From Rhizaria sp. SCN 62-66 (taxonomy: Eukaryota): a DNA stretch of 64,000 bases. The position numbers and the translations under genes were made by a program. Under the pieces are notes generated by a model. The model did not search any database and was not told the DNA's origin. It worked only from the letters and a program-made list of their open reading frames with translations. Position 1 is the first letter of the stretch, and every line of letters starts with the position of its first letter. Positions 45,480-57,800 of the stretch are shown here, piece after piece. The stretch covers positions 1 to 64,000 of the forward strand of contig MEDY01000003.1 in NCBI GenBank assembly GCA_001724265.1. The letters are read 5' to 3'.

Positions 45480-46185
45480 GCTGGGCGCGGGGGGCGGGCG
45501 CGCACGCTCGCGCGCGGCGGGCTGGGCGCCGGGAGACGCGCGGGGGAGCGGCGGGCGCGGGCGCGGCGCGGGGCCGATGGCGCCTTAAAGAAAGGAGTCA
45601 GGCGCGGGCGCGGGGTACGCGGGGAAGCGGAGGCCGCTGGGCTAGCTGAGTTAGAGCCAATGCAGGCAATAAGTTGAGACTTTAGGCACTCGTGCGCGTT
45701 CAAGTCAGAGGTTGAGATCTGCTCGAGGAAGCCAGGAAGGCACAAATGCAGGCGCGATTGAAGTGTCGCGTAGGTCGTCGAAACGAGTGTGAAGTTTGCA
45801 GGGTTATAACGTATGAGCGGCGTTGCTGCATTGATGTAATACAAAAATAAGAACATTGAAAGTCGCGAATATTCGAAAAATCAAGTATCAGTGGGAATGT
45901 CGGTTGTTGTGTCGCGCTGCAGTCGGTCCTTTCAACTGGTCGAAAACGCTTGTCCCCCTCTGTGGCACCACAGAACGAGAGCAAGCAGCTCCTTCGTCAC
46001 TTGGTCAGGAGGAGCGTCACACAAACGAACCCGTATCTATACTGAAATCGACTCTAAATTGGATGACACTTGGATGACCTATACTGCACATCATAACTCA
46101 CATTATACTGTTATTATGTAGTTATAGCTTTTTTTCCCGCCCTATTAGCCCTGGTTGAATCCTTGTCATCACTCCTTCACGACTC

Positions 46186-49100
46186 ATGAGCTCAGCCGCT
46201 CCCGTCGCGGCGCCCCCTGCCGTGCCATGCATTGGCCTGCGCCCGCTTGCTGTTGTCACATGGCACCCGTCCGTTGGCTACAGTGACGTGTCCCCCGCGG
46301 CCGCTCTCAGTGCTTCCTCGTCCGACTCATCGCGTCCCGCAGGCGCGCCCCAGCCGGGCACCAAGCTCCATACGGCAGCGACGTCCATATCATCGCGCTT
46401 TTACGAGCTCCAAGACAGGCTCCCACGTCATCCGCGCATCTGCGAGTACATTTCAGTTGTGCCCCTGCAGAAAAGTACGTCTAAGTTAGTATCCATCTTT
46501 ATTCCAGTCCACTGGTTATCCATTTCCTCCTGCTGACGTGTCGCTGCCCGGTTCTCCCCCCCTTGCCTCCACTCCCCGCACTCCCAGACCACCTGCTCCT
46601 ATCCTCGGAGCACTACCAGTCGAGCCTCGCCTCCCCCGCGCTGGCGACGCACTTCTCGCGCTCGCTCGACCTCCCCGGCCTCGCCGAGCTCGCGAGCAAC
46701 GTCTCGCAGGCGCTGTCTCACTTACACGCGCACAAGGTCGTCCACGGCAACCTGCACCTCGCCAACGTCATGATCCCGCCCTGGTCGCGCCTCTGCCACC
46801 CCGCGGGCCCCGCGGCGGCGGGTCCGGCGCGCCCGCTGGACGCGAAGCTCGCGGACCACGGGTTGCACTTCCTCAGCGACGCGGGCCGCGGTGTCAACTT
46901 CGTGCTCGGCCACCCGCTGTACCACGCACCCGAGCGCGTCCTGGCGCTCGCCGCCGCGCCCACGGCGCTCGCGAGCGCCGCGGCGGCCGCGGGCGGGGCC
47001 GGCGGCGGCGTCGCGCAGCGCTTCATGGCCAGCGCGGCGCAGGACGTGTGGGCGCTGGGCGTCATCCTGCTGCAGCTGCTGCGCGGCCCCGTGTTCGTCG
47101 CTCCCGACCGCGACAACACAAGCTCCAGCTCCAGTGCAGGTGCGAGTGCGAGCAGTGCGGGCCAGCAGCAGCAGCAGCAGCAGCTTGCGGGCTCGCTGCA
47201 ACAGCTGACCGACGCCGATGTGTCGACCGCGCTCCTTGCCCAGGCCGCCGCCTACGCAGCTTCGGTCGCCTCCTCGAGCTCCGCCTCGAACTCGAGCTCA
47301 TCGCACAGTAACAACCGCGCTGACTCCAGCGTTGCGAGTGCGGGGGACGCGGTGAGTGCGTGCGGCTTCGTGCCCGCGCCGGCCCCCGCCAAGTCCCTGC
47401 TGGAGCTGTCCCTCCGCCCATGCGCCGCCTCCTCCTCTGCCTCTGCCTCTGCCTCGGTATCCGCCTCCAGTGCGTCTGTGGACAGCCTTTGCGCCTCCGA
47501 CAGCAACAGCAGCAGCAGCAGTAGCAAGTCTCTTCTGTCGCTGGCGGCGACGCTGGCCCTCGAGCGCATCGCCAGCTCAGCCACCGCGGGCACCGCTAAC
47601 GGCTCCAAGACCGCCGGCGCTCCGCGCGCTGCCGAGTTGAGCAGCGACGTTGTCTCTGCCTTGCTCGGTGCAGGCTCCCCCTTAGACGGGGTGAGCGCCA
47701 GCGCGGTGAGCCCTTTACACTTGAGCTTCACGTCGTTCCTCGACCCCACGGTTGGCACCGGGGCCTGGCAGGCCGCCTACGCCCCCTTCACTTCCTACCG
47801 CAGCACCGCCGACGGGCCTGCGAGTGCCGACGCCGCCGGTGTGGTGACGCCCTGGTCGCTCTGCGTCGACTTTATCCGCGTCTGCCTCAGCCCGAGCCCA
47901 GCGCTGCGGCCGACCGCGCGGGACCTGCTCTCGCACCCGTTCCTCCGCGCCTTCCCACAGGGCACCTACACAGCAGTCTCCGCAGTCACTGCGGCAACGT
48001 CGTCTGCAACAAGCAGCTCGAGCGCGATCTCTAGCTCGAGTTCGAGTCGTGCGGTGAGGACGGAGTACGTTGGCAGCACGCTGCGCAAGACCGTTGTCTT
48101 CTCAGTCCCCGCCCAGTCCAAGCCCATCGCAAAGCCCCTAGCAGCTGCGCCAGCGACCGCGAGTGGTGAGCAGCAGTGGCAGCTGACCCTGCTGCTGCCA
48201 CAGTCATCCCACAGCCGCTTCGCGCCGCCGCCGCGCTTGGCGCCCATTTCGGCCAAGCCGGCGCCGGTCCCCGTGGCGCAGGCCATCGCCGACGTCGCGC
48301 TGGCCGCCATCGTGCCCGCCAGCGCCGAGGCTACGGCGGCCGCGGGCGGGACAACGCTGCTCGCGTCGGCCGCCACGCTCGGGCTGCCGCCGCCGCCGCC
48401 GCTGCCGCTGCCGCATTCAGTCGCCGCGCTCTCGCCAGATTTTGCCAGCGGCGGGCGGCTGGGCGCGTGGAGCTACTCCGAGCTGTACGAGCTCTGGCTT
48501 AACCACTCGCGCTCACTCTCAACCTCCACCTCCGGCTCCGGCGCCAAACACGCCCGCGGCGGCGGCAGCAGCAGCGGCGGCGGCGGCGGCGGTGGCGCTG
48601 GCGCGGGGCTCAGTGTGGGCGCGACGGGCGGCGCTATGGGCGGCGCGATGTCCCCTGAGCGTCTGGCGTCGGAGCTCGTGCGCGTGTGTGGGCTTCGCGT
48701 CGTGCCCGCTGTTTTCACGCTGCCGCCACTTGTCCCGCTCGGCGTGCGCTCCGCCAAGAAGGAGCTCTTCAGCGACGCATTCGACCATCACCACCACGGC
48801 GGCGCCTCGTCAGGCTCCTCCTCCACTGGCGCTGGCGCCGGCGTTCTGGCCTCAGCGTCGACGATTTCGGCGGCAGCGGCAGCGGCGCGGCGTGGGCAGA
48901 GCTCCGTGGCTTCGGCCGCGCGCGCACTCGCCGCCGCGCAGGCCGCCTCGTCGGCCTCGGCGTCGGACGCCATAACCACGGTTGCCGCGCTTGAGCGCGC
49001 GCTGGCCGCGGCGCAGCGGTCAGTGCTGTCGAGCGAGGCCTTTGTGACGGTGCGGCTCGACGAAATCTGGGCCGTCATCGTGCAGGAGACGCGGCTCTTC

Positions 49101-52100
49101 TGCGCATCGCCTGCGCTCGTGCTTCACGCCCTTGCGCGCCTCCCGCTCCCGGCCCCTGCCGCCGCCGCCGCGACGACCACGGCGATGACGGTCAAGGCCG
49201 GCGGCGCCGAGGGCGAGACGAGGACAGCGGCGACGTGGCTGGCGCCAGGCGCGGTGTTCCCGCGCTCGGCGACTGCGGCGACGTCGCTGCCGTCTCTGTT
49301 CATCTCGAGCGCGCCGCCCGCGCTGCGCGACATCTCGCGCCGCGTCGCCGCGCTTTTCACCGCGCTCTCCGCCGACGCCACCGCGCTGCCCGCGCTCACC
49401 GCCACGCCCGCCGCCGCCACCGCCACCGCGCTCACGGTTAGGGGAGGCTCGAGTGATAAGAACGCCGCGCTGACCCCCGCTGCCGCTGCCGCTGCCGCCG
49501 CCGCCGCCGCGACGACTTCCGGTGCCAGCGCACAGGCCGCGATCAACGCCGCATCGGCCGCCGCTTCGTCCGTCGCCGCCACGGTGTCTGCCGCCGGTGG
49601 CGCGGACGGCTCCGGCTCCGGCTCTGCCTCGGTGTCCCCGCTGCGGCAGGCCATCCGCACCGTGCTCTGCACGGCGTACCTGCAGGCTCTCGAGCCCGCG
49701 TCGCGCCCGCTCGTGCGTCTCGTCGCGCGGTCCTCCTCCTATGCCACCGCCGCCGCGGCCGTCGCCGTAGCGCCCTTCGCCTACCTGGCGCGCTGCTCGC
49801 TGGCCCGCGCCGCGCCGCCGCCGGCGAGCTTCGCGTCGGCGCTCTCGCAGCCGCTGGCGAGCGCATGCGTCACCGCGGCGCAGCGGCGGCGGTCCTGGCT
49901 CTCGCTGCTCTCGCTGCACCCTGAGCACGCGCGCGCGGCCTTCGCGCTGCTGCAGAGCAACGACCTGGCGCGCACGCTCGCGCTGGAGCACGCGCCCGCC
50001 GTGGACCCCGCGACGGGGGCGGTCCTGCCGTCGTCGTCGCCCGCGTCGCTGTGCGCCAACGCGGCGGCCGCCGCGCTCTACGGCGCTGAGTCCGCCACCG
50101 ACGCGCTCATCGAGAAGGACCTGGTGCGCTGCCATCAGTACCACCCGCTGCTGGCGTCGGCGCGCGGTCGCGGCTTCCTGCGCCGCGTCGTCAAGCGCGT
50201 GCTCGCCGCGCACGGCGCCGCCACCGCGCCCGCGCCCGGCACGGTCGTGCTCGCACTGCACTCCGGCGCCGACTCGGTCCCTTCCAACAGCAACATCAGC
50301 GGTGCGACCCGTGGGGGCAGGCGGTCTGCCGCTGCGGCGGCACCGGTGGCTGCGGTGTCGCTGCCCATGGTCGGCATCCCCACCGCGCTCACCGCCATCT
50401 CGCTGGCGACAATCTCCAGCTCCGCGCTTGCGCCCGCGAGCGCGAGCGCGGCTGCGGCCTCTGGCGCCGCCGCGGCGTCGCCGTCGCCTCTGCACACGCT
50501 GCACGCGGCGCTTCAGGCGTCCGTGGTGCACGCGACCGCGCTGTCGGCGGCGCACCGCAGCAACACGGCCGTGCGCGCGCACATGGCCTCGCACCTCAGC
50601 AGCAAGCGCGCGCTCTCCGCCTCGGCCTCGGCCGCTGCCGCGGTCGCCGCCGCTGCCGCCGCCGCGACGGCGACCAGCGGCGCCGCGGGCGACGGCGTGC
50701 TGTCCTCCGCGGCCGTGACGGCGGCGCTGGCGGCGGACCCCGCGGCGGCGGAGCTCGCGGCCTACACGCTGGGCATGACCGAGGCGCGGGCCGTGGTCGC
50801 CACGCTCGCAGCGGTCGTCCCCGGCGAGGGGCTGCTGCCGCACTCGGCGCTTCCGCTCGCGGGCTGCGAGATCACGGTCGCAGTGCCGCAGCAGCCGCAA
50901 CAGTCGCCACAGGCAGACGGCGGCAGCGCAGCGCCGCTGTTGCTCGACGTCGCCGTGCTGTCCGACTCGGCCTCGGCGGCCGCGGCGCGCGCGGGCGGCA
51001 GCGGTGACGCGGGGGCGCGCGCCGACGCCGGCGGCCGTGACTTCAGCTCCGCGGCCTACTCGATGCCTTACTGCTACCACGGCGACGTGTACCAGGCCGC
51101 CGCGCTGCTGTACGGCGACGCCGACGACCTGGAGCAGGGCGGCGGCGGCGGCGGCGCGGCGGGCGCGGACCACCTCGCATGCGCCGACACCAACCCGCTC
51201 AAGACGTCGCCGCAGATGCCGCTGCCCGCCGACCTCACCGCCGACGCTGCCGCCTCCGCCGCAAGCGCCGGCAGTAGCGGGAGTGCGTCGAGCGAGACCG
51301 CGGTCGGCAGCGCCGGCGCCGCGCTGACTGTGGCGAGCGGCGTGACGGTGCGCCACGTGGCTCTGCCGCCGCCGCCGCCGCTGGTGTACTGGCAGGGCAT
51401 GGACTCGGTCTGCGCGGTGGCGATGCTGCTGTACTGGCCGCGCGAGGACTTTGTGCTCGCCGTCACGTCGCGCATCATCTCCAAGTACCTGCGCGGTATC
51501 TACGTGCCCGACAACGGCAAGACGGTTGCCAAGTTGCTCACGCTATTCTCGCAGCTGCTGACGTTCCACGACCCCGAGCTGGCGGTGCATCTGCACCGGT
51601 CCATGTACACGCCCGACATCTTCGCGCTGCCGTGGTTTTTCACTCTCTTCTCGCACTCGCTCTCGCTGGAGAAGACTCACGCGCTCTGGGACGTGCTGCT
51701 GCTGCACCCGCCCGAGATCCTCGTCCACTTCGCCGTCGCGCTCCTCACCTCGCTGCGGCTTCCGCTGCTGGCCTCCGACGTCGGCGGCTGTGCAGTCACG
51801 CTGTCCAAGGCGATGGCGACGCTCGACGTGCCCGCCACGGCGCAGGCCGCGGTGCGCTCGCTCTACGGCACGCCCACGGCTTTTTACCTCGCCTCGCCCT
51901 GGGTCCACAGCCTTGACGAGGCTGTCACCGCGCAGGCCAGCGCCGCGGCCGCCGCCAAGAAGGTTGCCTTCCCCGACTCCGTGAGCAACGCCGAGAGCGC
52001 TCTTGTCCTCGCCGGCGGCAACGGTGGGAGCAAGGACGACGACGGCGACGGCGCCTCGGCGGGGACCGGCGGCGGCGCACTGGCTGCGTACCGCCGCTCC

Positions 52101-54623
52101 GGGCTCGCCGTGGCGCAGCTCTCGGCCGCGCACCTGTTCTCGCTTGTGCGCGGCGCCAAAACCGTCGCGGCCGTGCTGCAGAAGGCGCTGTTCGAGGCCG
52201 AGTGCGCCGACGCCGACGCCGCCGTCGCCGCCGAGGCCGCGCGCACGGGGCTGCTGCCGACCGCAGAGGCCGCCGCGGCCGCCGCTGCGAAGCGCAAGCG
52301 CGACGCCGGGGAGACGGGCTTCGGCCCCGCGCGGCAGAACTACTCGTCGCTGCTCGTGGTCGACTGCACGATGCAGCAGACGCTCGCGACTTCGCAGCTG
52401 TTCCCGCTCATGACGGCGCACCCTGAGCTCGTCGGTTCCTGGGCGCCCAGCAGCAGCAGCAGCGGTAGCGGCGGCGCGGGCGGTAGCGCTGGCGCTACTG
52501 GGAGCGCTTCGTTCGCATCGGCGCACACTGGCGTTGCCGGTAGCCCCGGGTTTGCGGCCGCGAGCGGGCTGCTCAGCGGCAGCGTGGCCTCCTCGGGCGG
52601 CTCCGAGCTGCCGCCACCCTCGCGCCTGGGACTGGTGGTGACCTTCTCGCCCGCGCGGCACCTCGCCACGAAGCGCGCGCACGCGCAGATCCGCCACATG
52701 CAGTCGCAGGGCCACGTGGTTGACCCCGCCGCGGTGCTCGCGCAGGCCGTCGCCGACTCCGCGGCCGCGGGCGTGCCCGTCGCGGCCGACGACGCCGTCG
52801 CCGCGGTGCTCTCGCAGCTGCCCTCGCTTGCCGACTGCCCGCCGCCGACCGTGGTGCCCACCGTGTTCACGGCCGCCGCGGCCGCCGCGGGCGGCGCCGT
52901 TGCGGTCGCGGGTGGCGCGGCCGTGGGCGCCGACGGTGCCGGCGCGAGCGGGTTCTCGTCTGCGCCGACGACCGCGGGCGCGACGGCGATGGACCCCACG
53001 TTCTGGTTCTCGACGCACAACCACCCGACGGTGATCATCGTCGGCCAGGACCGCAAGTCCGCGCTGCAGATCGCGCGCAAGCTCATCTCGCGCCGCGTGC
53101 GCCGCGTCTGCGTCGTGGGCGACGACTCCCCCGCGCTCGCGCTCAGCACGCTACTTGCCGCCGAGACCGCCACGCGTGCGCGCGTGCGTGCGCAGGTCGC
53201 CGCCGAGCAGCAGCAGAAGGTGATGCGCGAGAAGGCGGCTCACGCGTCGTACCGCCAGTCGCTCGGGCTGCCTGCGGTGCCCGAGCCCGCCAAGCCGCGC
53301 GGCGCCAACGCGGCCGCCGCTGCGCCACCGGGCAGCCGTACTGCCGCGGCCGCCGCGGCCGCCGCCGCTGCGAGTGGCGGCGGCAACGCAAACGCCAAGC
53401 CAGTCCTTGCGGTCGCGTCCAGCGTTGTCTCTAGTCACCGCCCCGCTCCCGCGAACAATGCAAGTGCTGCAGGTGCTGCTGCGAGTGCAGCTGCGAGTAG
53501 CGCGCCGCAGTCCACTGTCATGGCCAGTCTTGCCGGCCTGTCGCCGACGTCGCCGCACGCGCCGCCGCCTGCCGGCGATGCCGACGCGAGTGCCGGCGCC
53601 AACAGCGGTGCGGCGAAGGCTGGGGCTCGCGGTGGAGTGAGAAACGGCGTCGTTGAGCACAACAAGGACGGTAGTCTCGATGAGATGTTCCTGGTCTCTG
53701 CGAGCAGCACGAGCAACACCGCCAGTGCTAAGCCTGCGGCGGCGAGTACCAAGCCCGCGGCGCCTGCGGCTGCGACTGCTTCACCTGCGATTGCTGCGGC
53801 TGAGAGCAAGAAACCCTCCACAGAGGCCGCTGCGACCGCGAGCGCGGCCGCTTTTGCAGCCGCAGCACCGAGTGGCGCTGGGTCGACTGCCGCAGACTCT
53901 GCCACGGCCGCTCCTGCGGCAACTGGCGCTGAACAAGGACCCGAGCAGCCGCCCGGTGCGGCTGCGGCGGGCAGCCAGTCCGGTCTCGGCTCCTACCTGT
54001 CTTCCTGGTGGGGCGGCGGCAAGAGGCCTGACGCCTCTACCGCTGGGGCCGCCGCCCCTGCTGCTGCCGCCGCGCCCGGTGCCACCACTGCCGCCGCCGC
54101 CGCCGCGCCTGTGACCGCCGCTCCGGCTGCCATGCAGGTCGCCGCGGGCACACTGAACCCCGAGGGCAGCGGCGAGGTTGCGCCCGAGGAGCCGCTGCCG
54201 CTGCCGTTCGTCATGCCCAGCGAGTTCTGGGTTAACGTCGGCCACTACCGCGACACGACCGTTGCGCTCAAGAACGGCGAGGAGCCGTACCGCATGACGC
54301 GCGTGCGAGTGTCGAGCGCGATGACGGTCAAGGAGTTTGCCGCGTTCAAGGAGCTGCGGCTGAGCGAGTTCGGCGTCATGACCCCGCTCGTATGGGGCTG
54401 CCGCATGCACGACCCCGACGGCGCCACGCGCGTGCATCTGGACATGAAGCTCAACCGGACGCTGTCGCTGCGGCAGGCAATCAAGGCCGAGCTGGCGCCG
54501 AGCATTGGAGCGCTGATCGAGACACTCGTGAACAAGGGCCATTTGAACGGCAAGGTCGGCTATGAGGGACCGGAGTTCTACTTTGTGTGCAGGTACATGG
54601 ATGTGTCCAAGTTCGGTTATTAA
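46186..54623 (+). CDS. TBCK: TBC domain-containing kinase-like protein (pseudokinase + TBC Rab-GAP + rhodanese-like), ~2774 aa
   Basis: Exons 46186-46474 and 46588-54623. HPRICEY...EH, VVHGNL..AN, KLADHGLHF..GRGVNFVLGHPLYHAPE, DVWALG (pseudokinase); IEKDLVRCHQYHPLL, LVYWQGMDS, FSQLLTFHDPELA.HL (TBC); LLVVD and VIIVG..RVCVV (rhodanese-like); stop TAA. Confidence 0.92.
46475..46587 (+). other. Spliceosomal intron (113 nt) in TBCK
   Basis: GTACGT...CTGAC...CCCAG, phase 1; joins PLQK-N-HLLLSSEHY. Confidence 0.88.
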
Positions 54624-54878
54624 GCAATATGTGCGATGACAAGTCCGCACGATTGTGGCATGCTTCATAGTGTTTTAATGAGAAGCACGTGGCTGTGTTA
54701 CTATTGTTGTTGATAATTCTATAGTTGTATTTGGTTTGTTTAAAACACAATTTTCCTTTCTAATATATAATTATTCGTAGAATACACGTTATGCACTTAA
54801 TATCATGTCAATTATGTTGTTAATGTTGCTCATAAGGCTCAATCATCATGAGCAACGCTCATTCGTGCGAAAGTATTG

Positions 54879-57800
54879 TCACTGCTGCTGTGCTTGATCT
54901 TGTGGTTGCTGCTGTCTAGCAACTTCTGCTTGTTCCTCCTCAAGGCCTCTCATAGTCACAGGTTCCCCCGCAGCACTGCCATCAGCGCTTGCTGCTACCA
55001 TCACGGCACCCGTGGTCGCTGCTGTAGCGGAAGCAGTGGCCGACGTGGCCTCGGCCTCCGTTGCATCCTCAACAGGGATGGTCACGATCAGACCTGGTGC
55101 CGGAGTCACAGACAAAGTGCCCGCAGGAATAGGCGGTGTAGCGTGAGTCTGCTGCTGGCCAATGAGCACGGGAATGGCAGTGGCAGCAGTGCTTTCCGCC
55201 GCGGGTTCAGCAGCGGTTGCGACAGAGATGACGAAAGGTGGCTCAGTGACAACATGCGTCACCGCCTGACCGATACCAGCAGCATCCGTGTTTACGTCCG
55301 TGCTGCTAATATCGTTGTTGCCAAAGACAGCTGCGTTTTCATTAGCTGCAGTTTCCAATACAGACGGAGGAATGACGATATGAGACTGAGACAGCTTGCG
55401 CGCTGGCCGAAGCGGAGCAGCGAGTGCAGGCGGGAGCGGCCTCGTCGTCACATCACTCGTTTCCGTTGAGAGCCCCATAAACGACCCCGACCTCGTATGC
55501 CCACGACCTGGCAGCGAGAGGAGACCCTCGTTGAGACCAGCAATTGTCGGGCTGGCCAGCGCAGTGCTTGCACCGCCGCTCGCGGCAGATACGGTGGGGC
55601 TCGTCACTCGGGAGCCGGAGCTGGTGTCGTTGACTGGACTAGCGAGTGCGTGGCCTCCACTGGCGGTGTCAGAGGTGGTGTGCGTCGGACTAGCAAGAGC
55701 AGTACGACCAGTGTTGTTGTTATTGCTGACTTCTGTCCCTGCAACAACCACTGTTGCGTTGTTGTCAGAAGTAGGAGCATCAGATGGGGATGTTGCAAGG
55801 TTATTTCCATAGAAATGAACATCACTAAACAGGCCACGCTTATCGTCACTGACAGTGGTTTCCAGAGCAATGTTGGCACTGTGGTTCGAATCAGTTGGAA
55901 GAGCTGTTGCCGCTAAAGTTGCGTCAACAGCAGTCACAACAGTCACGTCATCTTGCTTCTGCTCATGCTCGGACGCGGACACAAACTCAGGCCGATGGAA
56001 TTGTGAAGGTGAATGTAATAATCCCTGCCCACGCTGCGGGTCGTCAAATGATCCACCACTCGGTGTACCACGCTCTGCGTCCTCTTCTTCCTCCTCCATC
56101 ACAGAGCTCACAGCGCGCGCGCGGCCCTGATGACCGAGGCGCTGACCGGGGCCCAAGATGGTAGGTGACAGAGTCACATTTGGAACCAGAGTTCCCGTAG
56201 CGCCTGCGCTGTCCACAGGTTGCCACATTGATGGTTGCTGATGTTGCGTAAAGGCGTCTTGTGCCTCCTCGTTAGCACCAGCTTCATCCAAAGCGCGGCG
56301 TGCAGTGGCAGCGTCAATTGCGTTGGCAATCGCGTTCGCCTCAGCAGCAGCTTCAGCAGCAGCTTCTTCCTCTGTTTGCGGCTCCACAGTCGCCGTACGC
56401 GTATCATCCGCGTCATCACCCTCTTCCACCCCGCCAAATTGACGCCCGTTGATACGGCGCATCGCACTGTCTTGACCTGCTGACTCCCCAAATCCATCGG
56501 CACCGTCGTAGAACCGATTGCCTTCGCCACCGTAGTGGTCGTTGCTGCTTTGGGTGTAGTCGTACGCAACAGGGTCAGGCACGCCCCACCCAGAGCCCAG
56601 AGTACCACTATTGACGTTCGCTGCCCAGGTGGCACCGCCCCACGGGTCCGCTGTACCCCACCAGTCGTTGCCGCTGCTCGCGCTCGCACCAGCGGTGCGC
56701 GGCGACTGATCCTGCGTTGGTGCAAGGAACGACGGTGACCCAAACGTATTGAGGGCGCCGAGAGCTGGCGTGGTCGGAGACGCGGCTGAGACTCCAGGAC
56801 TGTGGCCGTTGTTGGTGAAGCTTGGGCGATCAGCACTGGTGCGCACGCGTCCACGTGGCGACGTTTGCTTCAATGACGACTGAGATGACTGCGACGGCGT
56901 CAGCGACTGCGGCGTCAGCGACTGCTGTCCCACCCTCAGTTTACGTGCCTTCGCACTTGCCGTAGCATTGACAGCCGCTGCTGCCATCGCAGCCGACAGA
57001 GCGTCTCCGTCCACAAATGACGAAAGCGATTCAGTGCGTTCGTCACCGGGCAGCGCGTCGTCAGCGCCCGCCAGTACGCCGGCCACATTCTGCGCCGCGT
57101 CCGTGGCCTCGCGGGCATTTGCGCGCGCGCACCCGCGGAGTGCGCGGGCGAGCGCGGGAAGTGAACGCAGCGGAGAGCGGCGCCAGTCAAAGGACCGGTG
57201 TCGCAGCAGCGCAAGCTTGGCCGCAGCGGTCGGCTCAGGCGGCGGCAGCGGGGCAGTGGGCGTCGCAACTGCTGCCGTCGCCGCAGCTTCCATCGCAGCA
57301 GCAATCGAACGCGTGCGATGGGAAACAGGAGTTGCGTGACCGATACCAGAGATGGCCTGGACAGACCGACGCTGGCGCTGGTTGCGGAGAGCCTGTGCAA
57401 GCATCGCGGCGTTGTTCGTGTGGACGGGGTTCGACGCGACCTTGAGGATGCCAGTACCGGCCTGCGACTCGACTGAAGGACGAGACTGGGGCATCTCGCG
57501 GCGCATGTCGGACATGAGCTTGTTGTGACGTGCATGAACATCGGAGTCGCCAACCGCAACACTGCTGGCGACGACAACGTGCGCAGCGGACTTTGCAGAT
57601 ACATCACCCTTGGCCTCCTCACTGTTGTCGTGCCCAGGTATAGTGGGAGCACGGCGCGTAGGACCGAGCGAAACTGCCCGAGACTTGTCGTTTTCCAGAG
57701 TTGTTGCATCCGGGGTGCTCTTCGCCTCCATACCAGAGTCATCCTTGCGTTCGTCACTTACCGACGTGCTGTCGGCATCAGCAATGGTCTTGTCCACTCT

